Shown here: piece after piece, positions 37,956 to 47,299 of the stretch
Layout: each line of letters begins with the position of its first letter
Position numbering within the stretch: position 1 is the first letter of the stretch
From: Alkalispirochaeta sp.
Lineage (GTDB): Bacteria; Spirochaetota; Spirochaetia; DSM-27196; Alkalispirochaetaceae
Direction: 5' to 3'
Assembly: GCA_965601925.1 (NCBI GenBank)
Contig: OZ271854.1
Span: 4,256,001 to 4,320,000 of the forward strand
DNA: 64,000 nt
Position numbers and translations under genes: made by a program
The notes under the pieces: model-generated
What the model was told of the DNA's origin: nothing
Databases searched by the model: none
The model's input: only the letters and a program-made list of their open reading frames with translations

Positions 37956-39551
37956 ATGGGGAGATACCGCCCGATCGGGAGAGCTACGCGCGGAGACGCA
38001 CCGACGATCGCAGACGCGGTGATCACCCGGCACGGCGCCGGTCGTTGGCGCGCTCTCGCGATCGCCCTCTGGGTATGCACGACGACGCCGGTATGGGCAC
38101 AAGACGGTGCCGCCCTTCCCCTTCCTGCCGCCCTGCGTATAGAGAGCCGGCCGTCGGGTGCGGACGTATTCTTGGATAACAGGCTCGTAGGAACCACGCC
38201 GCTCTATATAGACGACCTTTACCCGGGGCGGCGTCGGATACGCGTCGAGTACCGCGGATACGAGTCGTACGACGAATGGATATCCCTTTCGGCGGGAGAG
38301 ACGACCGAGATAGAGGCGGAGCTCGTTCTGTCGACCGGCCTCATGGAGATCGAAAGCGAACACGAACGGTTGGAAATGAATCTCGGGAGCGACTGGGAGC
38401 CGGCGCGAGCAACCGCACTGCCGGCAGGCACGTACCGAGTCGCATTCCGCGCGTTCGGATACCACATCGGCGAGAGACTCGTCTCGATCGGTACGGACGC
38501 CCCGACGGTCGTTCCGGTGCGCTTGGAGGCGGCACCATTCTCCGTCGCCTACGCGGTCCCGGGGGCGCGGCGTTTCCACCCCGAAAATCTCGGCATCGCC
38601 GGTGTCGCCGATTTGTCGATATCGGCAACGGGGCCGGGCTGGTACCGCATCGAGGTCCATGACGCCGACGGACAAGTCGTCTTCGCTCGCCGAGGCACGA
38701 TCGACGATTGGCTCGAGCCGCTCTCCTGGGACGGACGCGGAGAGGAGGGCTCGTCGGTACCCAACGGGATCTACCGCGTCGTTATCGAGGCCGGCGACGG
38801 CGCGCATCAACTCCGTCTTACCCGCTCGGTCGACGTAACACGCGCGGCGCGCGTCTACCCCCGCCTCATTACGCCCTACGGCAGCGGCTCATCGTTGATC
38901 GCCTTTCCCGGTGGCCGCGGCAACACGACGGCATCCTTTTCCGCAGGCGGCGGGTACCACTATCGCGAAACGGATACCGGTAATGAGCGCACCGTTCCCA
39001 TCACGATTGCGGCGCGTTTCGCGCCGCTCCCGCTCCTCTCGGTCGCGGCCGGCTCTCTCCTTACCGCCAGTCCAGAGGAGGCCGAGGTTCGCCACCTGTC
39101 ATACGGCCATCTGGAGATCGGCCCGTGGCACCTGCTTCCCGGGAACGTCGGTATATCGCTTTACGGAAACGGAGGGACGGGCTCGGCCGGCCCGTGGCGC
39201 GCAAACCGCATCGGCGCCGCGGCTAATGCGGGGCTCGGTTCAGCGTGGCGCGGGATCGGGATCGTCGCCTCGCCGGGCGTGGAGGTCGCGGTATCGTTCG
39301 ACACGCCGGATCTCTACGCCGTAGCGGGCCTCGCCGCAGTCCGCGATCGGCCCCGCTCGATGGTTGCGGTCTCATCAAGGCTTACGGCGGATGTCAGTCG
39401 GTGGCGTATCCTCGATACGGCGCTAGACGCCGCGCTGCGCCCCGGTGACGGAGGAATCCGGTGGACGTTTTCGTTCGGCGTGTCGATCCTGGAGGAGTCG
39501 GTGGACGAGCCGGCGTTCTGGTCGCTCGTTTCGGTCGGGACGCCCCATTGA
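37956..39551 (+). CDS. PEGA-domain exported protein with FlgD-like Ig domain and probable C-terminal beta-rich region
   Basis: IESRPSGADVFLDN..VGTTP PEGA; WDGR...G..VPNG.Y FlgD-Ig motif; start may be 38019. Confidence 0.8.
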   Translation: MGRYRPIGRATRGDAPTIADAVITRHGAGRWRALAIALWVCTTTPVWAQDGAALPLPAALRIESRPSGADVFLDNRLVGTTPLYIDDLYPGRRRIRVEYRGYESYDEWISLSAGETTEIEAELVLSTGLMEIESEHERLEMNLGSDWEPARATALPAGTYRVAFRAFGYHIGERLVSIGTDAPTVVPVRLEAAPFSVAYAVPGARRFHPENLGIAGVADLSISATGPGWYRIEVHDADGQVVFARRGTIDDWLEPLSWDGRGEEGSSVPNGIYRVVIEAGDGAHQLRLTRSVDVTRAARVYPRLITPYGSGSSLIAFPGGRGNTTASFSAGGGYHYRETDTGNERTVPITIAARFAPLPLLSVAAGSLLTASPEEAEVRHLSYGHLEIGPWHLLPGNVGISLYGNGGTGSAGPWRANRIGAAANAGLGSAWRGIGIVASPGVEVAVSFDTPDLYAVAGLAAVRDRPRSMVAVSSRLTADVSRWRILDTALDAALRPGDGGIRWTFSFGVSILEESVDEPAFWSLVSVGTPH

Positions 39552-39570
39552 TGTGCGCACCGCGCCTCTC

Positions 39571-39981
39571 TCATGCGAGGCCGGTGTACACCCACGCCAA
39601 AACGCCGAAACTGGCGGCAAGAAGGGCGAGGATCAACCAAAAAATCCACGAGGGCATCGATTTCGTTTGAGGGGCGACGCGACGCGCCCGTGGAACCCCT
39701 CCGGTAGCGCGGTTCGGGGACACCTCGTCGCGACTCTTCACCTTTGAAGGGGGGGTGCGTCCCGTCGCCGGAACGACGCCACGGCCGACGCCCGGCCTCG
39801 TGGTGCGCGCCTCCTGAGACAAATATCCGCAGGCCGGACATCCGCGGGTGAACTGGTGCTGCTTCCCGCGAAATCCGCACCGCGGGCACTTGATCGCGAC
39901 GAAGAAGGCGCCGCACTCGGTACAGACCTCGTCGCCTTCGCGCACTTCCGCGCCGCAGTTCTCGCAGAAAAAGAGCTGCAT
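39571..39981 (-). CDS. Double zinc-ribbon protein with C-terminal TM helix
   Basis: CENC, CTEC, CPRC, CPAC; hydrophobic C-terminus. Confidence 0.8.
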   Translation of the reverse strand: MQLFFCENCGAEVREGDEVCTECGAFFVAIKCPRCGFRGKQHQFTRGCPACGYLSQEARTTRPGVGRGVVPATGRTPPSKVKSRDEVSPNRATGGVPRARRVAPQTKSMPSWIFWLILALLAASFGVLAWVYTGLA

Positions 39982-40943
39982 TACCGAGTCAACACCTCCG
40001 GTGCATCCACCGTGCCGAAGGTGAAGCGTTCCGTTCCCCGGGGGCCGCGTCGGGAGGAGGCTATGTCGAATGAGAGATCCGCGTCCTCGGCGGCCAGCCG
40101 ATCCAGGAAGTCGCGAGCGATGGAAAACTCCACAAACCGATTACGCCTGACGTACTGCCCCGCCAACTCGACCGTCCCGCCCTCGCTCCGATACACGACC
40201 GGTCCCGATTCGCCGGCGATTACGACCGAAAACTCACCGCGCGAGGCGCCGTCATCGCGATCCGGAAAGGCGCGGAGGTGGTAGGCCGTTCCATCCGCGA
40301 TGCTCCCTCCGGCCTCGATTGCCGTAAACCACCACTCGTTCCCGACGGTAGACCGCACGGTTCTGACCGCCGTGCCGCCGCGCTGCCAAAACACGGTGTC
40401 ACCGACCTCTATCGTGCTCCCGTCGATCGCGTTTTCGATCCGCGGCGGCACGAAAAAGGCGGCGTAGCGCACCGCGGGAGCGATGGTCTCCCAATCCGAA
40501 TCCATACCGTCGAGCGCCACCGGCTCCAGCGTTGCCGGCAGATCCCACGGTGCGATGGCGACCGGCGAACCGCCCTCGGTGATGACGGCGTCGCGGTGGA
40601 CGAGAATCGGATTCCGCCCCGGTCCTACGCTCATGCGCACAAGATGAAACGAGACGGCGGAGGGCCCGCCGGCAAAGTAGCCGACCACCAACCCGCTCGA
40701 CTGCGGTATCCGCCACATACCGTGCGGCGCGAGCTCATTCAAATGGCGGCTGCGCCGGCGCAAAAGTTCGACTAACGATTGGGAGTCGGCCGTCGTCTCA
40801 CCCTGCACCTCGGACCGGGAAAGAAAGAGATATACAAACGGCGATCCCTCGCCGTTGACCAGCGTTCGACCCTCGTTCGTCTGGGCGGTGACGTCGACGG
40901 CCAGTAGGGCGACCAGTATCGCCGGTATGTATTGAACCTTCAT
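39981..40943 (-). CDS. Hypothetical exported protein
   Basis: Signal peptide; LDG..SDW motif; stop/start coupled to zinc-ribbon gene. Confidence 0.7.
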   Translation of the reverse strand: MKVQYIPAILVALLAVDVTAQTNEGRTLVNGEGSPFVYLFLSRSEVQGETTADSQSLVELLRRRSRHLNELAPHGMWRIPQSSGLVVGYFAGGPSAVSFHLVRMSVGPGRNPILVHRDAVITEGGSPVAIAPWDLPATLEPVALDGMDSDWETIAPAVRYAAFFVPPRIENAIDGSTIEVGDTVFWQRGGTAVRTVRSTVGNEWWFTAIEAGGSIADGTAYHLRAFPDRDDGASRGEFSVVIAGESGPVVYRSEGGTVELAGQYVRRNRFVEFSIARDFLDRLAAEDADLSFDIASSRRGPRGTERFTFGTVDAPEVLTR

Positions 40944-40983
40944 GCTCTGATTATCGACAGAAACGGGAGCGCCCTTTCGGTTG

Positions 40984-41847
40984 CTATGCTACCGACCCGT
41001 CGGCCTCCGTCTCCTCGAGCCACGCGCGCATCTCGGCCGCAACGCGAGAGCGCTCCTGTCCGTCGGTGATGACGTGCGCCGACTCCTCCAATATCACGGT
41101 CCGACACTCCGGAGAACCGATCTGTCGTTCAACAAACGGCGCCACTGAGACCGGCACCGTTCGATCGGCCTGCGAGACGATAAGCAGGGAGCGACACGAA
41201 ACCGCCGGAAGCGCTTTGCGCGCCTTTCGAATGAGATAATAGAGGGAAGCCGTCTGATGGGGCCAGCGCCAATTCCAATATTCGTCCGCCATGTGCCGGC
41301 GTTCCGGATCGTCGTAGGTCTCGGAGGTTTGCGCCTTTACCGGAGGCACGATGAAGCGCAGCAAGGGCGTGAGGGGCACGAGTCGATTAGAGACGAGAAA
41401 CGCCGGCGCCAGCAATATCGCTCCCGCGACCGGATAGTGCGCAGCCAAAAGCGTCGCGATGAGACCGCCCATCGATAACCCCGCAACAATTACCCTATCG
41501 TGCCGACTCCTGAGTTCCAGATACGCATCCAGTGCGCGGCGCCACCAATCGCGCCACGAAGTGGAACGAAAGTCTCTATTGTCCGTCCCGTGGCCGGGAT
41601 AGCGCGGAACGACGACCGTGTATCCGGCGGCATTCAACTCCTCGGCGACGAAACGCAGCTCTCCCGGATAGCCGGTGAAGCCGTGTAAGAGCAGAACCGC
41701 CGGACGCGAGGGATCGCCGTCCAGCGAGAGCGGATGGGCGCCGGAGAGCATCGCCGTGTCCCGGGACCCGTCGTGTCGAAGTCTCGCCATCGCCGCATCA
41801 TATCCGCTATCGCCCGGCCGCCACAAGTTGAGTCTTTTTCTTGACAC
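40984..41847 (-). CDS. Alpha/beta hydrolase (carboxylesterase/monoacylglycerol lipase-like)
   Basis: LLHGFTG, PGHGT, GLSMGG nucleophile elbow, D..VP, SAH; start uncertain. Confidence 0.9.
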   Translation of the reverse strand: MSRKRLNLWRPGDSGYDAAMARLRHDGSRDTAMLSGAHPLSLDGDPSRPAVLLLHGFTGYPGELRFVAEELNAAGYTVVVPRYPGHGTDNRDFRSTSWRDWWRRALDAYLELRSRHDRVIVAGLSMGGLIATLLAAHYPVAGAILLAPAFLVSNRLVPLTPLLRFIVPPVKAQTSETYDDPERRHMADEYWNWRWPHQTASLYYLIRKARKALPAVSCRSLLIVSQADRTVPVSVAPFVERQIGSPECRTVILEESAHVITDGQERSRVAAEMRAWLEETEADGSVA

Positions 41848-41869
41848 GTACCGGAGGGTCGCGTACTTT
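41841..41869 (+). promoter_or_regulatory. sigma70 promoter, likely leaderless
   Basis: TTGACA-N17-TACTTT, ATG 7 nt after the -10. Confidence 0.6.
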
Positions 41870-41876
41870 TTGCGCT

Positions 41877-42632
41877 ATGCAACCCGGAATCGCGATTACG
41901 ATCTATCACATCAGCCTCCGCGACGGAACTGCGTTGTTCCTCCATCCTTTCGTGAAATCGGGCGATATGATTGAACTCGGCAGCTCCGTCGAGCTGGTCG
42001 GTCGATACGGCCGCGAGCCGCGTGTGGAGTCGGTGACGATGCTGCGGAACGATCTCTACCGGCGCATCGAAAACGACGTTCGCGACTGGATTAACGAACG
42101 TCGCTTCATTCCCCGCTTTCTTCTGGCGGCCGCCGCGTTCCTGGTGGTCTATCTCTTTTTGTCGGTGGTAATCCGCGACCCCCTTCCCGTGTTGGACGAG
42201 ATGCTGATCGGACTCGGGGTGGCGGTCGTTACGTTTATCGTGGTGGGGCGACGATTCGAACAGTCTCGTGCCGCCGCACGGCGCCGCGTGACCCTTCGTT
42301 CAAAGGTGGACGCCGTCGTCTTCTCCGAGGACCCGTTCGTGTACGCGTTGGAAGGGCTCGTGCAGAAGCTCGAAGAACGTGATCCGCTGGAGTCCGAGAC
42401 GTCGGAGGAGATACGCTCCGCCGCAGAGGAGCTGTATCGCACCTACCCGGCCGAGACATCCGATGTCATCCACCATCTACGTTCGACGGTCGCGGCAAAA
42501 CCGTATCGGAGTCTGGCCCGACAGATAAAACACGGCCGTATCGGTATGACCACCCGCGAACAGATCGAACAGGGCATCCTGGTGCCTTCGGTCGTTCGAC
42601 TTCTGAAGATTTTGGTGGAGACGCAGCGCTGA
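41877..42632 (+). CDS. Hypothetical membrane protein (2 TM)
   Basis: FIPRFL...IRDPLP..DE hydrophobic hairpin. Confidence 0.75.
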   Translation: MQPGIAITIYHISLRDGTALFLHPFVKSGDMIELGSSVELVGRYGREPRVESVTMLRNDLYRRIENDVRDWINERRFIPRFLLAAAAFLVVYLFLSVVIRDPLPVLDEMLIGLGVAVVTFIVVGRRFEQSRAAARRRVTLRSKVDAVVFSEDPFVYALEGLVQKLEERDPLESETSEEIRSAAEELYRTYPAETSDVIHHLRSTVAAKPYRSLARQIKHGRIGMTTREQIEQGILVPSVVRLLKILVETQR

Positions 42633-45600
42633 CTACTTCCGCCGTACGACCAGCATCGTGATATCGTCGAACTGCTCGTCCTCCCCGAGGTGGGAGAAGA
42701 TCATGTACTGCCCGGTGTCCGAGGACTCACGCTCCGTCTGAGGCGCGTCGCGAGAGACCCCGTCCGAGGTCTCTTCGGTAGTCGCCTCATCGCTTCGTCC
42801 GGTGACCGGATGCGAGAAGTAAGCGTCGAACTGGCGGAAATGCTTTCGGAGAAAATCGACGACGACGCGGTCGATTGAGATACGGCTCTCCGGTCCCATA
42901 GAAGGATCGGGAACGAGGCGAAAGACACGCTCGGCGGCGACGACCGCCAACGCGGCATCGCGAGTCGCGTTATCACACGTCGAAAAATCAAAGATGAGCT
43001 CATCCTCGTGACCGGGATCCAACAACTTGGTAAGTCGATACGTCCCGCGCTCCTGCACCGCCGATACGATCCGGTGAATGCGCTCAATCCCGAACTCTTC
43101 GCCGTCTTGATTTTCGACGACGCCTTCCGGCACGTCGCCCGAGTCGATCATCTCCTTGGTTACCCGAAAGGCCCGCCAGTCCGCCCTGCGTAGAAGACGT
43201 TTCGCCTCCTCGACACCGTCGGTGAAGAGGAGCAAAATATCATCGCGTGCTATCATCTGCATCTGTTGGGGAAAGGTCACGGGAATGTCCGCGCTGGAAA
43301 ACGTGCCCGCCGCCGGGCCTCCGGCGATCGTCAGCTGTTCTACCGCGCGCTGGGACGCTCTGTAGATGTGCAACTGGTTATCGCCGGCGTTCGCGAGATA
43401 GAACGCTCCCTTTTCCACGTCCAGAATGCCCACCGTAAGCGCCGCGAAGCGTCCCTTGAACTGTCGCTCAGCGACGATATCGTTGATCCGGAGGACTAAC
43501 GACGAGAGGTCGAGTCCCGGAGCCTTGATCGTCCAGTTGCGAAAGTAGTCCTGAAAGACCGTCGCGACCTGGACCATGATGAGCGCGGCCGGGATTCCCT
43601 TTCCGGCTACGTCGCACTTTATCATCGCATAGTAACGGTCGCTCAGTTTTTGGTACGTAAAGTAGTCGCCCGAAACACCCTTTGCGCCTTCGTAGTACCC
43701 GAAGAAATAGATGCCGTCCTCATCCAACTCGCCGAACGTACGCTTGGTATCGTCGCTGATGGGCTCCAGTGGAATGAACGCCTTCTGCGTCTCCTTACCG
43801 AACTTGAGGTCTTTGTCGGCCTCGGCCGCTTTTACCAGTCCCGCAACCATATCGTTGATCGAATCGGCCAGCACGTTCAGCTCGTCGCGACTCTTCAGGT
43901 GCAACTCCCGACCCTTGAGGCGCGTCTTATCGTCGGTCGAGCCGATCTCCTCCACCAGCGCCACCAGACGATTGATGGGCCGCACGACGATCGTCGCCAA
44001 GATGTAGGCTCCGAAAACGCCGGCGGCAACGGCCAGGGCGGCGATAACCATCGTCGCCAACACGAGGTCACGTTGCGTCGAATCGATCTCATCGAGGATC
44101 AGTTGCGTCGATATCGCGACGCGTACGGTTCCGCGATAATAGTCCTCGAAACCGGCGTCCGCTCCAGGTACGATATCCAACACCGGCCGAAAAAAAAGAT
44201 AGCTCGTTACGTCGCGCCGTAGACGTGTGAAGTCGAACTCGGGCACGCTGCGAATGGGGCCCGCGATCTCGTCGAGTCGTCGGCGACCGCGGCGGAGTAA
44301 CTCGAGGCGCACTTGATCGATGCGCGCGATATCCTCCTCGCCGGCACCGCGCAGAATCAAGCCCTGCGCCTCCTGCGAGAGCCGTTCGAGCTCGATGGGT
44401 ATCTCCCCCAGATCGGCGGCGGCCTGCGCATTGATCTCCCGAGCGAGCCGGTCGACCACGGGCGTCACCTCGTCGGTCAGCCTCGAGACGCCCACGGTGT
44501 ACGCGTCGGTCGTGATGCGTCCCTCGGCGCCGTCGATGACCGCCGGGTCGATCGTTCCGTAAATCGTCTGGAGCTCTCCCAACCCGTTGAGCCCCGTAAT
44601 GGTCACGTAGGCCGCCTCGGCCATCGCCTCGCCTTGACTCGCGATCGTCTGTAGTTGATCGAGGTTGAGCTCGGGATTTTGTAGCGCCGGCCGCGCGCCG
44701 GTGACCTGCCCGTCGACCAATAGCTCGATTCGCTCCTGGAGTCCGCTCACCAGAATACGCTCCTGCCGCTGGAGCACGTTGCGCCCCAACACCACCGCGA
44801 CGAGTACGACCACGCCGATCACCAGAAGCACCACGAAGAAGGTAAATTTGATTCTGAGGCTGATTCCCTGAACTCTCATGCGTCGGGTCCTTTCCGCGCT
44901 TGCGCGCAGCGTCTCGGGGTCGGCGCCCAGTACCAACGCCCGTGCTTCGATGTTTAAGCGTTGAATCTCCCCGCCGATCCGCACCAGTCGCGCCGTCGAA
45001 ATGAGCATCAGCGCAGCTGCGGCGGCGACGGTAAGGTAGAAGGCGATATCCCGCGTGTCGACGGTACGCGAGCCTTCTACGAAGCGATATCTCGGAGCAA
45101 AGGAGCTTCGAAAATCGCCGTACACGATGACGCCCCGCGCCTGAATGGTAATCGGTGTCGGCGCGATATACATACCCCGCTCCGAGTGGAGAAGCCCTAT
45201 GCGGTACACGCCCGTTTCGAAATCGTCGATGAGGAGTCCGGACAACTCGCCGTCACTCTCCACGGAGAAATCATTCTGCCAATCGTTGAACTCGTGGTCG
45301 TAGGGCGGCACGCCGTCTCGATCCAGCACCACCCGCCTAATGGTGCCGTTGCTATCGAATCCGCGCCCCAGGACGGTCATTCGGTAGCGTCCCAACAGGT
45401 CGCGCGTTACCGGCGCGGCGAACACGCGCGTCACGGGGATGTACTTGTCGAGGCGGAGAGGCAGTGAGCGCGCCTCGCCGATATTCCCGACACTGTCGAC
45501 CGCTGCGACGGTCAGTACCCATAACCCGTTGTCCACGTTGGTACGCCCGATACTTTCCGACGTCGTCGTCACGCGGGGCGGGACCGCGACGCGGGGAAGG

Positions 45601-47285
45601 GCGTCTACTGCGACACCGGTATCCTCACCGAAAAAGTCGAGGCGTGTGCTGTAACCGGCGATAAGCCCCTCTTCGCCCGCCGGTGGGTTCCATCCGATTT
45701 GGAAGGTGTTCGACGCGAGAAAGCCGTTCTCGTCCACCGACGGAGGGGGGAACGACACCGGGGGCGGCGGTGTCGTATCGAGCTCGAAGCGCATCGTCGC
45801 CGGCTCCGACCAGTTGCCGGCAAAATCGGTCGAGCGCACCCTGAGATACCACGGCCCATCCTCCTCGGCTCGGACCACGACCGTGCGCTCGGGCACGCGC
45901 TGCACGATTTGTCGCGGTACAGGCGATTCTGGGTCGCGCGACCACGTCCACGCATAGGCTCGTATCCCCGACGCGTCGGGAGGGTCGCGAACCTCGAATC
46001 GCGCAACGGGACTTCCACTCCGCGCTCCGGCGCGAAAGTTGGCCGCCAGTATCTCCGGTTCCCGTACCGATTGATCGGGTTCCACGTACACGATATCGGA
46101 TCCCGCCGCCCCGCTGCGTCGCTGCCAGATGAGGTGCAATCGCTCGTTGAATATGACGCCCTCCGCGAAGGTCGCCTCGCCCACCGGCGGACTCAGGTTC
46201 TCCGTCTCCCAACGAAAAACGCCGCGCCGTCCGATGACGGTCCGACTGTTCCCTTGGGGATTGGTGAACCACACCAAAACCGGTCGGTCGCCCTCAAAAA
46301 TGATACGGGGAGAGCGTGCCAGATCGAACCGCCCGGTAACCTCTTCCAATAATCCGTCGGGGAGGCCGTCACGGTTCAGGCCGAGAAGATACACCTGTTG
46401 GCTCCCCGTTTGAAAACGGCGTTCCCACGTAAGAACGAATGAATCGCCGCCGGGAACTGAAGCTACATAGGGGCGCTGATTGTCGTAGAGATCGGGGTTA
46501 TCGGTCTGCGTCGGATCCACGAAAGTAGTAACGCGGCGCGCCTCGGACCAGCTGCGACCGCCGTCGTCGCTCGTCTTGAGATAGAGCTGATACGTACTTC
46601 GGGCGGTGATGTTGAGTCCCTGGTACACGACGTAGTCGCGCTCACCCACCGACGTGTGGCTGGGCAGAAAGGTCAGCCCGACATCTTCGTCGGGCTCCAA
46701 CTGTTCGGGATCGCTCCACGTCTCGCCGTCTTCCGATACGAGGTAGACGATCTGTTGCCGACCACCCAAGTTTTGGTTGACGAACAGGAGCATCGATCCG
46801 TCGGAGGTCACGAATAGTCGCGGCGCGACGTTGGCACGCTCGGTTGAAACGCGGTGGACGATTCCGAAACCCTCGCCGCCGTCGACACTTCGCAAGATGA
46901 TCGTCTCCTCCGCCGATGCGGTTACCGCGATGTAGATAGCCCCGGCGGCGTCGACCGCGGCGGAAAAGATATACGGCTCCGCGCGCCCGGCGTAGGAAAA
47001 CGGGCCGACTCGCCGCGATAAGGTACGCCACTGTCTCCCATCCGCCGAGGTTTGCAGCGAGAGGAAGACCTCGCCCTCCTCATCGCCGGTCGCTGCGCTA
47101 TCCTGATGGATAATCACGAGGGCGTCGGGGAGCGCCAAAAAGTGAGGAAAGCGCGCCTGATCGGTCGCGAGAAGGCGCGGTTCTTCGAAGTATATCGTGC
47201 CGTCGGAAGAACCCCCGGGTACGGTCGATGCACTCGCCGCCTCTTGGGTCGCCACGGACCGTGCCGTGATAAGAATGAGTCCCAC
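42633..47285 (-). CDS. Giant membrane sensor: BNR/Asp-box propeller + FN3-like domains, TMs, HAMP, PP2C/SpoIIE phosphatase
   Basis: Asp boxes TSADGRQW, RSVDGGEGF, SEDGETW, TSDDGGRSW; HAMP RPI..L...RDEL..LA..IN.M; VSGDY, CDVAGKG, FTDGV, DDIT; true start may be upstream. Confidence 0.88.
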   Translation of the reverse strand: MGLILITARSVATQEAASASTVPGGSSDGTIYFEEPRLLATDQARFPHFLALPDALVIIHQDSAATGDEEGEVFLSLQTSADGRQWRTLSRRVGPFSYAGRAEPYIFSAAVDAAGAIYIAVTASAEETIILRSVDGGEGFGIVHRVSTERANVAPRLFVTSDGSMLLFVNQNLGGRQQIVYLVSEDGETWSDPEQLEPDEDVGLTFLPSHTSVGERDYVVYQGLNITARSTYQLYLKTSDDGGRSWSEARRVTTFVDPTQTDNPDLYDNQRPYVASVPGGDSFVLTWERRFQTGSQQVYLLGLNRDGLPDGLLEEVTGRFDLARSPRIIFEGDRPVLVWFTNPQGNSRTVIGRRGVFRWETENLSPPVGEATFAEGVIFNERLHLIWQRRSGAAGSDIVYVEPDQSVREPEILAANFRAGARSGSPVARFEVRDPPDASGIRAYAWTWSRDPESPVPRQIVQRVPERTVVVRAEEDGPWYLRVRSTDFAGNWSEPATMRFELDTTPPPPVSFPPPSVDENGFLASNTFQIGWNPPAGEEGLIAGYSTRLDFFGEDTGVAVDALPRVAVPPRVTTTSESIGRTNVDNGLWVLTVAAVDSVGNIGEARSLPLRLDKYIPVTRVFAAPVTRDLLGRYRMTVLGRGFDSNGTIRRVVLDRDGVPPYDHEFNDWQNDFSVESDGELSGLLIDDFETGVYRIGLLHSERGMYIAPTPITIQARGVIVYGDFRSSFAPRYRFVEGSRTVDTRDIAFYLTVAAAAALMLISTARLVRIGGEIQRLNIEARALVLGADPETLRASAERTRRMRVQGISLRIKFTFFVVLLVIGVVVLVAVVLGRNVLQRQERILVSGLQERIELLVDGQVTGARPALQNPELNLDQLQTIASQGEAMAEAAYVTITGLNGLGELQTIYGTIDPAVIDGAEGRITTDAYTVGVSRLTDEVTPVVDRLAREINAQAAADLGEIPIELERLSQEAQGLILRGAGEEDIARIDQVRLELLRRGRRRLDEIAGPIRSVPEFDFTRLRRDVTSYLFFRPVLDIVPGADAGFEDYYRGTVRVAISTQLILDEIDSTQRDLVLATMVIAALAVAAGVFGAYILATIVVRPINRLVALVEEIGSTDDKTRLKGRELHLKSRDELNVLADSINDMVAGLVKAAEADKDLKFGKETQKAFIPLEPISDDTKRTFGELDEDGIYFFGYYEGAKGVSGDYFTYQKLSDRYYAMIKCDVAGKGIPAALIMVQVATVFQDYFRNWTIKAPGLDLSSLVLRINDIVAERQFKGRFAALTVGILDVEKGAFYLANAGDNQLHIYRASQRAVEQLTIAGGPAAGTFSSADIPVTFPQQMQMIARDDILLLFTDGVEEAKRLLRRADWRAFRVTKEMIDSGDVPEGVVENQDGEEFGIERIHRIVSAVQERGTYRLTKLLDPGHEDELIFDFSTCDNATRDAALAVVAAERVFRLVPDPSMGPESRISIDRVVVDFLRKHFRQFDAYFSHPVTGRSDEATTEETSDGVSRDAPQTERESSDTGQYMIFSHLGEDEQFDDITMLVVRRK

Positions 47286-47299
47286 CGCGATGCAATATC